Positions 1 to 61,465 of a stretch of DNA of 64,000 bases are shown one piece after another. Source of the DNA: Lytechinus pictus. Its lineage: Eukaryota. The DNA lies in contig NC_087251.1 of NCBI RefSeq assembly GCF_037042905.1, positions 4,340,001 to 4,404,000 of the forward strand, in the 5' to 3' direction. Positions within the stretch are counted from its first letter, which is position 1. Each line of letters starts with the position of its first letter. A program made the translations under genes and the position numbers. The notes below the pieces were generated by a model. The model did no database searches, had not been told where the DNA came from, and saw nothing but the letters and a program-made list of their open reading frames with translations.

Positions 1-102
1 CGTCTTGAATTACTAGCTTATTTTCACTGTGGATGGTGTCTTGGGACAATGCTGTTAGGGGAAATCAATCCGGCTCGCCTGGAGATGTGTTCCCCTGTTT
101 AA

Positions 103-156
103 TAGAGAGAGATAGAGTGAGAAGGAGTTAGAGAGTGAGTGAATGAGAGAGAGAGG
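103..156. repeat. Degenerate (GA)n simple repeat
   Basis: agagagagatagagtgaga...gagagagagagg. Confidence 0.7.
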
Positions 157-946
157 TTATGTGGGTGTTCTTTGAGAAGAACAGAGGGGATGAGAATGTG
201 TAAAAAAGGAATTGGGGATTTGAACATGTATATCTATGTTAACTGTAAATTAAATTCTGAAAATTGTCAGAAGCTCAACAGGAGCCTAACTATTGGATGC
301 TGAAGAATGAGATAAAGAGAAAAGAAGAAGAAAAGCGTAGAGCAGAGATGATGATGTGGATGAGAGTGGTATAAATGGAGTGAGATAACTGCAGGGGGTA
401 GAGTGAGACATGAGAATTACACAAAAATGAAAGATGTACTGTGTATGGAAATATAAAGCATTCAGTGTTTAGAATTGACTGCAAGAGACAAAGAGGTTTG
501 CTAATGTTTCCCCAATGTCATATTTCTTCAGATGACTTGTGCCTTGGCTGAAAGCCAACAATTTTTTCATCACTTTCCTCCTTATATTAAAGGTAGAATG
601 TGCTTGACGAAATACATTAATGGCTAAATTAAAGATTTTCTTGATCATGTTATTTTATTTTTTATATAACTTTTTTTTATAGTTTCTTTCAATTATTGGC
701 ATTGGTAGCTCATGCACGTAAATTCATATTGTTTCAATGTGCACAGTCATCATATATGAAAAGGCATATGTTAAAAGAAACCTTTTGATAATTTGGTCTT
801 CTTATATGAATTAGAGATTCATCTGAGCTACATTCCTTGATTATTCTTATGTCTTGCATTTATGTAAAAATATAGATTTTGATTGAACATTTTGAATGTC
901 TTTCAAACCCTATTGTTTTTATATTTCCCGTCATTTTGTCTCGCAG

Positions 947-47902
<46,956 letters not shown>

Positions 47903-49033
47903 CAAGAGAATGATTGGTTTTAAAGAAGTCCTTAACCATCTCCTCGAACCTAACAAACAATGAGCACAGAATCCAGTTTGACCTAAGTAGCATAGACATT
48001 GGCTAAAAGTAAGGATAGCAAGAGAATGATAGTATGAGTTTGATAAAAAATTAAAGAAAGCGCAACCTATCATGTTGACCCAATTAAGACTACAGGTAGA
48101 TAGTCAAGTAAATGTCTAATAGGCAACAACATACTGACTAGGTGTAAAGGCAGCAAGGAATTAAGTGAATGGGAGAGGAGGTTAGTACTATGCTGATTAA
48201 CTTTTCATTGCACAGAAATATAATTCTTGAGAATGTCTTGATATTCACAATGCATGATTTGACATTCAATCAGATTCAGATCAATATATTGCTACTTAAA
48301 CTGGGAATTGATTTTAATAGCAGTCAAGTATTGCCATGATAAATTTCCTACTAGACCATGGAGACACCATGAACCAGCTTTTAATACTTATGTTTAACAA
48401 AAGTACACACAGAAAAAAATATTCTGACAGCTATGCCATAATGGATTGAATATGCTGCTTGTACATGAATTCATTCTAACTTGAAAAATACTAAACAAAT
48501 AGTACAGTGCCATTTTGTGTTGAGTAGCAGTCAAGTTGAAATAACTTCTCATATCTTCTTGTAACCTCTGTTTTTTTTTTCATTGATTGATTCTTACAAA
48601 CTTGCATTTTGATAAAATATCTGATAAAATATTCAATTTAGTAAGTATACTCCCTTCTATTTTTCATTGTGAATTATAATCAACTCACTTTTTTGCAAGT
48701 ACTTGTATCGCTTTGCTGTTTTTGTGCAAATTGTTTGCAAATCAACTCACCATATTGCAATATTATTTGTTTCTGTAATATTTTATTGGATATGCAATGA
48801 CATATCTCATCAAACCTCTTGCCAATTATCCTGTTAACAAATATGACTTCTTTTTTTAAAATAGAATTATAGACAAGTGCATGTTGACATCAGAATTGTG
48901 TCTGAATCAGTGAATATGAGGAACATGCTTTTAACACACATGCTCATCAAACCATCTGAATCTAGCTTGCTCTATTTTGTATGTGCGTATTACAAATAAT
49001 CTTCATAATACCACAGGGTATTCATGATATCAG

Positions 49034-49189
49034 GGGGTGTTTCATGAAAGGACTTGTCGGACATTTTATCCGACAAGTACCAGTTTATCCGACAGTTACC
49101 ATAGGAACAGTGCCTCTCAGCCAATCAGAATCAAGGAAAGATGTCAGATCTGACAACTTGTCGGATGAAAATATTGATGAAACGCTCCC
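49034..49189. mobile_element. Harbinger-like MITE in probable 3' UTR
   Basis: CAG-GGGGTGTTTCATGAA ... TTGATGAAACGCTCCC-CAG; TIR related to the 5380 element. Confidence 0.8.
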
Positions 49190-49406
49190 CAGATGTAAGG
49201 CTTGTAGGTGGTTTTTACTGCCTTTACAGTAAGAATGATATCTTTATTCCTTATTTCAGTTTTTTAGATGCAAATAATATTACATTTGTCTTTGTTACAT
49301 CATGTTTTTACTCAGATTACACAAGCTTTTCATATTTTATATTTAGATCCACCTTTAAAAGGTTTTCATTCTCACAGGGTTTCATATGTCTCTATCTTTA
49401 TTTATA

Positions 49407-49922
49407 CAGTCAAACCTGTCTTAGTGGCCACCTGTCTATAGTGGCCACCTGCTTATAGTGGCAATTCAAATCCCCCCACAGGAAATGTGTTGTAGACTCT
49501 GTTTATAATGGCCACCTGTCTAATGTGGCCAGTGGCCACTCATTTTGCATTCCTTAGTCAATATCACACCCTCTATAGTGGCCACTGAAAATCAGCTTCA
49601 CAGAATCTTTGGACTCCAACAGTACTTTAATTGCTGGTCCTGCATCTAAACATTAATTTTTCTATAAAATAACAATTATATATGCAAATTGCAATCAACA
49701 TAAAGTATTTGATGGATTAATATAAATGCGTGTACACAATATAGACTATACCAAAAAAAAGGTTTAAGTCATTAAAATCACAGTGTATATCCAGTGCAGT
49801 GATTGCACAGTACAATACATTTTAAATCGAAGATGGCCGCCAACCTGACGATAGTGGCCACCTGTCTGTAGTGGCCACTTTTATCATTTTCCTTCGGTGG
49901 CCACTATACACAGGTTAGACTG
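49407..49922. mobile_element. Tc1/mariner (pogo-like) MITE in probable 3' UTR
   Basis: TA-CAGTCAAACCTGT ... ACAGGTTAGACTG-TA; many TAGTGGCCAC(CTG) subrepeats. Confidence 0.88.
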
Positions 49923-52900
49923 TATAAATATATCTATGGAGTGTGCTGTATGTTCAAAGTACCTCCATTCCAGGGCAAGGCTTTCCAACAGAATATTTCA
50001 AAACAACTCAGGAATTCTATAAAAGAATCTCATAGATAGGTAACCCAATTACTAGGATCATTAATGCAAGTTAATTGCAATGGGGATAGTAAACAACAAA
50101 TACACTGATACATACAGGAGAGCAATCTTTGATTTTATGAATCGTACCATCTACTATAATGCAATATCTTTGAATGAAATGAGTTGTTTATTTCAATACA
50201 CATCAGGCATTTTCATAGTATGGAACTTTTGTAGTCTTTCAAATCATTTTCATTGATTTCACATTACATGTATTTGTAATGATTCTTGCATGACATTGAA
50301 AACCTCAATTCGGCACAATCAAATAATTTATTTTGAAATTATAACAATGAGTAGTTATTAACCTTTTCATAGACAATATTTTGACCAAACCTACATATGG
50401 TGACAGAAAATTTAGCTCTCATGAACATGATGATTACCATCCCTTCTGCAGTACATTCTACGTTCATAAACATTTTCTTGATGATAAAATAACTCCAAAG
50501 TACTATGTATATTGTTTATTTCAAAAGCATTACTGACTGTGTTTGTTGCCATGAATAATTACAGATATATTGGTAATGCTATGAATGATTAAGAATCACT
50601 GTAATTCTATTAAAATTGATATTCAATATGCATATTTCTGTAGCTGCACTGTAATATGATATTGATGAATACAACAGCTACAAAGGAATTCTGCATGGTG
50701 CACCGCCAGCATTTATCTATGCATATTTAAAGCCAAATTAAGCCTATGCATATGCCAAGGTAATGATACTAAGGTAATAACTTATGTTAATATGTTAAGG
50801 GTTTGCAATGATATAATCATTAATGAGATTTTTGTTTTCCAATACAAAATTTTCCTGTACAATTAGGATCAGTGATAGAGTATCAGTGACTACTGGTACT
50901 ACATGTAGTATGGGAATTTTAAGTAATGTTTTATACAAAACATTGATAACATTTAAATTCCATAGGCCCTTGTTCCTAATCCATGATCTTAATACATGCT
51001 AAAAAAAATAAAGTAAATTTTTTTGTATTTTTATTATTCTGTGATGTATTTGTTTTAATTATTCTGTGAGGTATGATTCTTATGTTAACTTGTCTCTTTC
51101 TTCACAATTTGTTAAGATATTATTCCCCAAATTTTTAATAAATTTAGTGCCAAATATGCAAATAATTTACAAAATTATTCTGAAGATTTGTGTCACTTTT
51201 AGCTATCCATAGTTGAACATCACTTCAGAGTATCGTTCTGATATTTGTAAATGTTTACAAGCAAATGTGATCAACACAATTTGTCTAGACGGGACAATTT
51301 ATTGCTGCATGATGATAGCATTACATTTGAAAAAAAGAGAGGAAAACAACTTGGCAGAGTCTTGTTCAAAATGTGGACAATTTAAAAGTGTGAAGATATA
51401 AAATATATGAAATTCCCACCGAGATAACTATTAATCAAACCTTTGTACGTCATAAATATTCATTCCTGTCTATAAAGATATATATCATCATTGAAACACA
51501 GGACTGTACTGGGTATTTCAGTAATAATTAATTAATATCTTGTGTCCCATCTTGAAATCATGACAATTGTCTCTAGAGTAGATATACTACTATTTAACAC
51601 TCTCAGTGTAAGGTATTTTAACCTGGATACATTCTTAATGTGTGGTGGGTCTCATTTATTATTATGTTTATATAAAAAATCATACATAATGATTTGATGT
51701 TTTATGATATATTTTGCCCAGTAAAAATAAAGTTTGAGAAATAAATGAAAGGTTCCTATTAATCATCCTGACGAGATGATGAAAAAGTTGAGACATATTG
51801 AATTAATACTTTGTGAAAGTTGTAAACTACACTGTTATATAATTTGTAAATAAATGTGTATGTATATTTTGTATAATGATGATATCTTATCTTTTAAGAT
51901 AAGTATATTGTAGGGTTTAACAACAAAATGATAGTGTGGTAATTTGCCTTCTCTCTCTCTCTCTCTTTCTGTTTTCTTTTTCTTTCAGCTTTTTTTCTGA
52001 TCAGTCCATCATGCTCATGTGATTTGATTTTGTAATTGCCATCTTATCAAGTATCTGATTACGTAAATCAGACTCTAAGAATCTTTTTAAAATAAATAGA
52101 TATTTGGGGAAAACGCGTTATTCTTAATTATAGCCTGAAAATAGAATTATCATCTATTTTATATATTCGAAAAACATACATGTCTTACAGTCTTAGATCA
52201 ATGTTCTTCAAATTGTACCCCTAAATCTTTCGTAAGCACCTATCATGATTTTAAAAATCTATTTTGGATAGGGAAAGCAAACTCAATCTTTGCCAAATTA
52301 GTGTGCTGTTTTGTATTTGGACTTGTGTGCTATATCACCCGAGCAAAAATATTAATGTAATAATGTGTAGTGCAATGGATGTGTGTATTTCATTTTTATA
52401 TTGTATATCCTATCTAAGTTATATGAATAGCAGTTTTTATATTTCATTTTTATCATCAAAATAATTGTAAATAGTCAGTTTCTTGAATGTAAAACAATTA
52501 ATGTTATGAGACTGTATACATGTTGTACCTTTTCAAGGTTTCATTCAAGATTACTTTAAGAATTACATCTTCAGGTTTTGTATTTACTCCTACTTCTTCA
52601 TATGAATGTATATGAATATGAGTAATTTTGATAAGATGTGTCGCTGGCTTGCCATTGGTCTATCTGATTTCAATTTTTGTTATCATCTGTAATTTTTACT
52701 TCATATCCTGAAATAGTTTACACACAAGACAATGAAATAGAAAGTTTTCTCTCAGTGTAGACAGTAAAGATGGGAGCAATAAATAATCAGGTGAGGAATA
52801 ATTGACAAAACCAGGTTAGGAGATTTAGATGATTTCCTCTGTTGAAATGTGATATATTTGCACCCCAGGGTTCGTATCAAGTGTGCTCCCACATGTGCAA

Positions 52901-53440
52901 TCTTGTTTTTGACATAACTCAAGAAACCTGTTAAACGTCCATATTGGTCCAACAAGGGTATTGTCTTCAATTTCATCTTTCATCCATATGTGAAAGAAAG
53001 CAGTCACCGATGGCCCCTCATGCATGTAGCATTCAATGGCACCTACATGTACTGTTTGAATAATTACAGTGGCTCACATGTTATACTATTGGTACATGAT
53101 TACTACATAGGCAGGATCAAACCTCTTAGAGATGCACTTGGCTATTTCACTCCCTTTTAAAACCCAAGGCATTTAGTGTTTCCATCATGCATATATACTG
53201 TACATATATATGCAAATATCTCAAATCATATATATCTGAATGAGAATCATAAGGGCTTTTAATCATTCATGACATGCTTTCATAAAGACTTAATGCCCTT
53301 TTGACTCTCAACATACTTGTAATTGTATATTGTATAACATCTGATTTTATTTAATTTTACTAATTTTTTGTTGGTATCAGAAGCTATTATGATGGAAAGC
53401 TCTGATGTATTGTTGTACAGCTGATAATGTTGAGTGTTGC

Positions 53441-53446
53441 AATAAA
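53441..53446 (+). terminator. Candidate distal polyadenylation signal
   Basis: AATAAA with downstream tttatgttgtc, near the end of the CpG-depleted domain. Confidence 0.4.
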
Positions 53447-56400
53447 TCCACTACGTTCAATATCTAGCAAATTTATGTTGTCATGACTGCAATTTTATCA
53501 AATTCTGAGTTTAAATCATGTAATGGTGAAGAGAAAATTTTATTGGGGGAAACACAATGTACCTTGAATTGAAAAGCATAAATAATAATAAAAAACTAAT
53601 GTTTAGAAATTTAATAACATGATAAAGAACCATTTTGTCACAATGTTGAATTATTGTAAGGGAAAATATGAAATCTCAGCAGATAATAACGATGATGATG
53701 GTGGTTGTGGTGATGTTCATGGTGGTCAGAATGTTGATGATGAAAAAGAATTATAAAAAGAAAGACATATTCTTGTCACTAATTCTCTTTTGTATAAGAC
53801 TAAGCAAAATGTGCACTTTTTCTCTTGATCAAATATAAAGTAGTAATCAAATCAACAAACCTTTTAAAGACAATCACTTTCAGAGATTTTGTATATTGAA
53901 TAATGCCTGATAGATATAATGATTGTGATTGGTAACCTGGTGATAGTGATGTTTGATAGGATAATAAAGAATATTGTAAAGATGATGCTAATGAGGAGGG
54001 TAGAGATAATTGGTCAGGATGATTGATGAGGAGAATACGTGTGCTTTTATGACTGCCGCCACTGCTGGTGTTGATGATGGTGACAATGATGATGATAATG
54101 ATAGTGATGGTGAGAGTATAGTTGCCTGCTTGTATGACTTATTGAAATAAATATTTTATTAACTTATTGTTGTATGCAGACTAAACCTTTATTTTCAAGT
54201 GAAACCCGATTATGACAAAAGAGGTTATGAAGGGGGGGGGGTCGTGCAGTGTATGAAAACTGGGTTATCATATCTTAATACCGACTGAAGTAGAATAAAA
54301 AAAAATCTTTGATATACCGGTATGATTAACGAAAATGATGACAGTTGAAGCAAATCAAATAGCCTCATAATTATCTTGCTACCTGTACGACTTGGAGTAA
54401 ACAACCTACCCCCGTTAATCATGAAGAGCTTAATATGTTCTAGTTGACAGAAAATATTTTCATGGTAGGCCCTAACATTCCGAAAGTTACCTTTACTTTC
54501 AAGTATACACATTTTGGAAATGCTAGTGAATGTTTGAGGACATCATGGGAAAACCAGTGAGGTAGATGTTTAATTGAGATCCGTTTGCCTTTTTATTGTA
54601 AATCCATCATCGGCTTCTACGCAAGATCAATCAACATAAACTGATGAGTGGAGTCTATATTCAAGAATCAATTTTCCAACGTAGGGTCCAATCTCACTAA
54701 TACCAAACGGCCCGTTTTGTAAATCCGACATTTCTATTTGGGATTAAGCAAAGCTGGATAGATTTAGAGATTGGCAGCTACCGAGCGGTATTCTGGTCAT
54801 CTGTTTCTAATTTTTGAGCGCGAGATTTTTTGGCGTGTTCCTATTTAAATGAAGGCCCCGTGTCTTTCATCCCATTGCAATATGTGTGATGCACAGCAAT
54901 AATCTTTATAGCAAGCTCGCTTTATTTTCTCCATATACAAAAAAAAGTTAATTTTCCTTTACATGTACTTGACTTTGGAGATTCCTATTCACGTTGAAAA
55001 CCCATGTTGTCAGCACCATAACTAACTCTTGTTAAATATTGGAATTACAATTTTTACTAAAATTGCACGGGATTGGAAATAATTAAGCAGGAGACTTGTT
55101 TGCAAAATGACTACCTACCTATCACTGGATCATGGTTACAAAACAGCAATAAGGAAAATTCAAACAAATACGATGAATTCAGAATCATCGTGTATGTGTC
55201 CTTCCCTATAATCTACACCTGAATCTACACCTTGTAATTTTCTCTGTCATATATGAAGTTATCCTGTTATAATCTTTATTATTTCAAATCATCGCTGTAT
55301 ACAACATATTTCATAAATATTCCTTCACAATGATATTGATTTCAGAACAGTCATAACCACCGGCTATCTTTATTTGGTCCTCTTATTACAGAAAAAAGTT
55401 CTTGTTTTCCCATCTTGGTTCCCTCAAAATAATGACTGTTATTTTTTCCCGCCGCGCCAGTAATTAAGAGATGAATGAAGATTATTTCAATGCCAGATGT
55501 CTCTATATCTTGTCTTGTATTAGCTGAATGTCTTCATGCCTGGTAGATTAAACATCGATCGGTTCATAATGCACATGAATAAGAAGAGATGAAACGAAAC
55601 ATTCTCCCTCCATCATACGTGTATATAACATTTAAAAAATCTGAATAATGCTTTAAACGAGGAATTCTCATGGGATGTTAGGTATATCCCATGATTGATT
55701 CTCGAAGTATGTTGAAAGTATTGGAGTTTTCATGATACGGAACTGTTTTGACGAATGTTTGTAAGGATATCTCTTTATTGTGGATATGAATATTGTCCCA
55801 TTATATCCAAGTAACCCAATAGTAAAGGCAACTTTTATTTATATTAAGAGAAAAAAAATTGTTATTGATCATACCCGATCATTCTCTACGCTTTGACCGG
55901 TCAAGCTTAGCTGACTGATGAAGCACTCTTTTTTTCATTGATACTTTATCAAAATGACTATCACAGAACACTGCACTTCTTGTGAACGGCGAGAAAGTCA
56001 ATTCAGAAGTTGACCAGCCAGCAGAGTGACAGATGTCAGATCCTAGGCCAATCATTTTCAGTCAAATAAAAAAAACACGTCATTTATCATAATTCTTACA
56101 TGCATACAGGTTATGCATTTGATTATCAAGTCCTTTTTTAATCTATGCGATGGTTTCATTCCATCCAAGTGATCTTACATCAAACTACTTGACACGAAAA
56201 CCTTGTTTAACGAATTATACATTGTAAAATAAAATGCAAACATAAGTGAAGTGAACAAAATAATAGATTAATACAACCACTCCAGGTTACTCAGTGAAGT
56301 CAAGAAGACCGGCTTCAGTAAAATAATCACTAACAAATTTCAAAACACGAAAACTTGAGATAAGTGACTTAACATAAGTCAGAATAAGTCTCAAGATAAA

Positions 56401-56774
56401 TGAACAAAAAACAGACATGTATACAACAATGTAAGCAGGTAAGTATATTTTAGATAATTGCCCCCCCCCCTCCCGCAGAAAAAAAGAATAATAAAAAGAT
56501 GTCCGGAATAAATTTCTTTGCATTGAGGGAAACTTTCAAAGACAAATTTCTTTCCTTTTCTAGAAGAAATATAAATTCAACATAGCAACAAGAGAAATTT
56601 GTTGAAGTTGAAAGTTTGGAACAAGAACAGCATGCAGAGGAAAATAAAGTGTGAGTGTGGGTTCAACTGAGGGTGCGTGTGGAAGAGGCGAGTGTGGGTT
56701 TGCTTACGTGGATCAACATCATGGAGTGGTGACGATGAGTGTGACTGCGTGTGAGTGGGACGGATGTACTCGTG

Positions 56775-56814
56775 TGAATGTGTGTGTGTGTGGGGGGGTG
56801 TGTGTGTTTGTGTG
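56775..56814. repeat. (GT)n microsatellite, interrupted
   Basis: tgtgtgtgtgtg-gggggg-tgtgtgtg. Confidence 0.8.
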
Positions 56815-57775
56815 TTAAAAATACATAAAATAATAGGAGAGAAAGGGTAATGGGAAAGCTCAGAGGTTTGTGAAAATGCTGTAACAAAATTATTAGGCAA
56901 ATACGCATTTCATAGGCATGGATTTTCTCATAATTGCCATTTTAGGCTTTTTCAGATCGCTAAAAAAAATAATCTGAATTTCGACTGTTTAAAATCCCCA
57001 TATATCAACAATCTTTATCCAGGTTTTTTGATAATCATAAAACCATAATAGAAAATCCAATTTCCTTCTCTTTCCTCTCTAGGCCCTATAATTTTGACGT
57101 CAGAAGATACAATAAGTAACGAAGCCAGGGGAATATCAATTTTGAGGTCAGCAGATTAGCGATATTATTTCATGAAAGAAGTAATAATAGAATAATTAAC
57201 CATTGATATGAATGTAAATCATGCAGGTTTATTTATTGTGCTTTAGCAGTAGGACTCGTGCAGGACTGTTTCACGAATATTTTGGTATCATCATCTATTC
57301 AAAACTGCATTATAGGCTACCTCTTTGACAATTGAAATTGATATACCAACTGATATTGGTTCCTTCTTTGTCTCATATCCGCCTAATGAGTGCATTTTAT
57401 TTCTTTATTACTTATCTAAAAAATTGGTAATCGTGACCTGGTGATCTATAAAGTTGAATCCGAATCTTAATTTTTGGCTGGAAAGATGCATGAACCTTGG
57501 ATTTTGCTTTCATTTTAAAACTTCCCAATTGAATATGAAGGATTCGATACAAAATCATTAAAATAGAAAGGACAGACGCAGTTTCAAAGACCCGTATAGT
57601 CTGGTCATACTATATCTGACATATTCATGACATTCACCCCCCCCCCCAAAAAAAAGACTAACATTACGTACATGATGTTTCGTATAATTACATGAATTAC
57701 ATGTTCAATTTATATTATTGAAAAATATGGCAATTCCTTTCAGCCTCAATGAAACCATTACGAATGATCAATATT

Positions 57776-58580
57776 TTGATTGATTGATTGATTGATTGAT
57801 TTTATTTGGCAAGTCACCATAACATATATACAGTAGCATTAAAACAACAGGCTTGCACATGATGACCCACGAAAGCTCGAAAGCTTATTTCCAGTGGGGT
57901 CCTCAATATACAGAATTAAGATAATAAAATGTTAAAATTATACTATTTACATATTAAAAATGAAGAAAAAAAATCAGAATTTACTATTACCAATAAATAA
58001 GATATATAGACAATAAATAAGATATATACAAGAATATAACGAAGAAGAAGAAGAAAAGAAGGAGAAGGAAGAGGAGGAACAGAAGAAGAGAGGGGACGAG
58101 GAGTAGAAGGAGACGGAAGAAACTGATAACGAAGGGAAATAAATAAGGAGAAGAACAACAGCATAAACGTGACGACAATAACAACAAGAAGAGGAGAATA
58201 GGAAGAAATAAAATAAATAGAAAGAATAGAAGAAAGGACATATCGAAGCTTCAATCAAACTATGTAAAATACATAATAATACCTAGTAGAGAAGAGAAAA
58301 GAACTAGGTCAGTATTCAGGCTAAATCAACCGTACAACATATCATTTGCATCTTCTTTTTGACTCTCAAGTGAAAGATATTCTTTCAATTTCCTCTTAAA
58401 ATTCAAAAAGTTTCCTATTTCCTTTATATCATTGGGAAGGGAATTCCAATGTTTTATAGCATTGTAATAAAATGAGTTACCAATACTACCTACCCTTTCT
58501 GGTAAGCAAAAATTGAAATGGCTGTTTCTTGTATTATAGTTATGTATTTCGGTAACTAGATTAAAGTTTGATCCAATGTA
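57776..58580 (-). mobile_element. 5'-truncated CR1/L2-clade LINE (ORF2 C-terminus, 3' UTR and (ATCA)n tail)
   Basis: Minus strand 58580-58342 reads YIGSNFNLVTEIHNYNTRNSHFNF...SFYYNAIKHWNSLPNDIKEIGNFLNFKRKLKEYL. A 3' stem-loop (GAGGACCCCACTGGAAATAAGCTT..GTGGGTCATC) and AATAAA plus (ATCA)n follow. Confidence 0.9.
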
Positions 58581-58983
58581 ATAATTATTTATTATTTATT
58601 GTCATAAATTCGACTAAAATTGAGGCGTTGCGTTTGGTAACCTGATTTCGATGTTAGATTCGAAATATAAATTACAGATATAGATTTCCTTTATGTTAAA
58701 TACTGAACATCTATCACCCTAAAAGGCCACAATATATTTTGATAAAATATTAATCAAATCGTGGCTAATATTCAAATGAAATCTGAATTACTATACGATA
58801 TTATTTAAGGAACACGTACCACATACTTGAAATGTAAGGGTAAGTTTTGTCTTCTCATTTTGACATCGTTTTCTTTTATGTGCTTCCTGATGCCCGAATT
58901 TCCCTACAATCAATGGACTAAACGTAGGTAAAATGAATTTTTATCTATTCACAAATACTATGTTGGTAGAAGGTTAACTATAT

Positions 58984-59717
58984 GGGCGATTCCAAGCAAA
59001 AGCGGACATTTTCCAAAAATTTGGCTCTATTTCAAATCTGGATCAAAATTTTTTATCAAAACTCGTATGAAATTTCATATATACAAAAGGGGAACATAAT
59101 TAGCCACAACAAATTTCCTTACGCACCTCCTTTTATAGGAAAATCCGTACCATACTATACATGGGACTATATTACTTAATTTTAATTTAACAAAAAACTA
59201 GTGTTTGTTTTGTAAAATTTTCTTTTGGACATTCTGAAAGGCATAATTTTACATCATGTTAAAAAGAAAATGTTCAAATATAAGTTCCGGGAAGGGATAT
59301 AAAATGTCAAATTTGTGGTGCCGGATGAAGTGTAATGCGACTTACCGGAATCTTTAAATCTAAGAAAGAAACTTTAACTTGCTTTCCAAATTCAAGTGTC
59401 TTATTTGAAACTTCTAAGTCATGTTTTGCAGGTATTGAAATTGGTAAAAGTGCTTTGATTTGAAAGAACTATTAACAAGTAATCAGTCACTTTTTTTCAT
59501 GTCCTTTTTGTGTAATGCAACTGACCGATCTTTGGGATTTTATGACGTCCATAATGTACAGCATATAACCTTTTTGTATGTATCATTTAAAAGCCTCATA
59601 TGTCAAGATAAATTGGCAATATAAACTTGACAGAAAGATCTCCCCCTTTAAATCTGACAGCACCAAGTATTAGAAAAGACATGTAAAAGTGTAATGCGAC
59701 TTACCGTGGAATCGCCC
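58984..59717. mobile_element. Non-autonomous DNA transposon (Harbinger/ISL2EU-like)
   Basis: ATAT-GGGCGATTCCA ... TGGAATCGCCC-ATAT; internal repeats of TGTAATGCGACTTACCG. Confidence 0.78.
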
Positions 59718-61295
59718 ATATTATTTCACAAACCGATAATTTTGTGTAACTTACATTCACTCTAAGGAGAATACACAATTTTGAAAATATGCATTGCTAC
59801 ATTTTGACCATCATGACCATCACCACCACCATCATCATCGTTACTATCTGTTGAGACAAATTGCCCTTATTACGTTTAAAAATAAAATTGCAATTTGTCC
59901 CCAAACATTTCCTCATTCTTCAAATTTAATATGAATATATACAGTCTTACGATACCCGATCTAGCTCCATTATCCAAAAATACTTAACGAATGATCGTTA
60001 AAATTAATTAGACATCATGGGACTTAAAATATGGAATTCTCTAAACAATATTACGACGTGCATAGTCTCAGTTTATTCAAATATAGAATGAAACTCATCC
60101 TACTTTCTGGATATAATCACTAATATAGTTGCTCAGACAACTAAGTGTACTATTTAATTCTGCAGCCCCCTCCCCCTCTCCAACCTTGCAGTTTCCCATT
60201 AATGAATTTTAGCGATTATGGATTTTTTAAAATCTTGTATATAATTATATTCATGTATATATGTTTTAAAGAATTGGAAAATAAAATCGTTTTGAATTCA
60301 ATTGAATATAATAATATGCACTTTCTATTAATTTCTCTTTATTTCTCTTTCTCTTTATCTCAATCAGTTGATTTATCTGCATCCAATATTACATTATAAT
60401 TTACTCAAAATAATGAACAGTATAAATTCCAGTGAATTTGAATTCATTTCTGTTAAGTGTCTGTTGAGATTTTGCCGGTTTTGTTCTTCTGTTTCATAGT
60501 TATAGATTTTATATTCTCGTAGTTTCATATTTTATTGTTTTTCCTCGTATTTACTGGAAAATATCTTAATGGATTACATTTTTTATTTAATATATATTGT
60601 TTGTATGTTTTATTTGTCTGCAGTGTGATTTCAAACAGAGTAAAAACTTGAAATTATATTTAAAGGGATATCATAAAATTAATTTCCAAAGCACCAATCA
60701 GAAGAATAACATAGAGGGGAGATCATATTCTAACGATTTTCTAAATTCAATTTTGTTTAAAGGAGAAAACGAAAATAGAACACGAATGGGTTGTTTAAAC
60801 GTCCCTATTTTCAGAGAGAAAGGTTATTTCGACTTCGGAACATCTCTTCCGCGCCGTGTCAAAATCATTGGTGCCGTCCCCGATATTTTGCACAGGGCTC
60901 TTATTGCAGATTGACGGGGAAGTGGTGTGAGAGATGCCTTGAGTTATTACGCCGCTGTGGCTATAGATAACAATCGTTTTCTCCCTGCATTGGAGGAAGA
61001 AGAATGAGGAGAAGAGTGTGTGATAGATGAAAGAACGTTTTTTTGCAAGCCCGGTTAATCCATAAAGGTTGTCAAATATTTATCAAACTTTTTTTCCACA
61101 TCACAATGATGGGTTTCTTTCCCATACCAAGAACTCACGCTGTCATAAAAACGATATTAAATACAATAATTGGTATCTTCGCTAGACTTCCTGACGTTGA
61201 CCAATATTATTGAACAGCCTGTAAAGCAAAAAAAAATGTATTGCAAATCCTATAATTACACACGCTTATGAATCATGGTTCTTATAAATAGACGC

Positions 61296-61465
61296 TTGTC
61301 CCGTATTCGAAACTTTTAAGGGTTCCCTATATTATAGGTTCTAAATTACCTTAAACAGCCACTTTGGAGCATCTATAGGTTCTTTATGAAACTATTTAAG
61401 GTTCTTGAGCACATGAAAAACCTTTTCACGAACCCTTTTTCTCGAGAGTTCCAAATACGGGACAA
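61296..61465. mobile_element. Small MITE-like element
   Basis: TTGTCCCGTATTCGAAACT / AGTTCCAAATACGGGACAA inverted ends. Confidence 0.6.

Larger units (their letters stand above)
47903..53465 (+). other. Probable long 3' UTR of the PLEKHH gene
   Basis: AU-rich and CpG-poor like the gene body. AATAAA at 53441-53446 is followed by a GT/T-rich tract, and composition changes soon after. Earlier AATAAA sites also exist. Confidence 0.5.

Noticed and set aside
57943-58258. Three overlapping hydrophobic minus-strand ORFs
   Set aside because: They are low-complexity translations of the pyrimidine-rich LINE 3' UTR.
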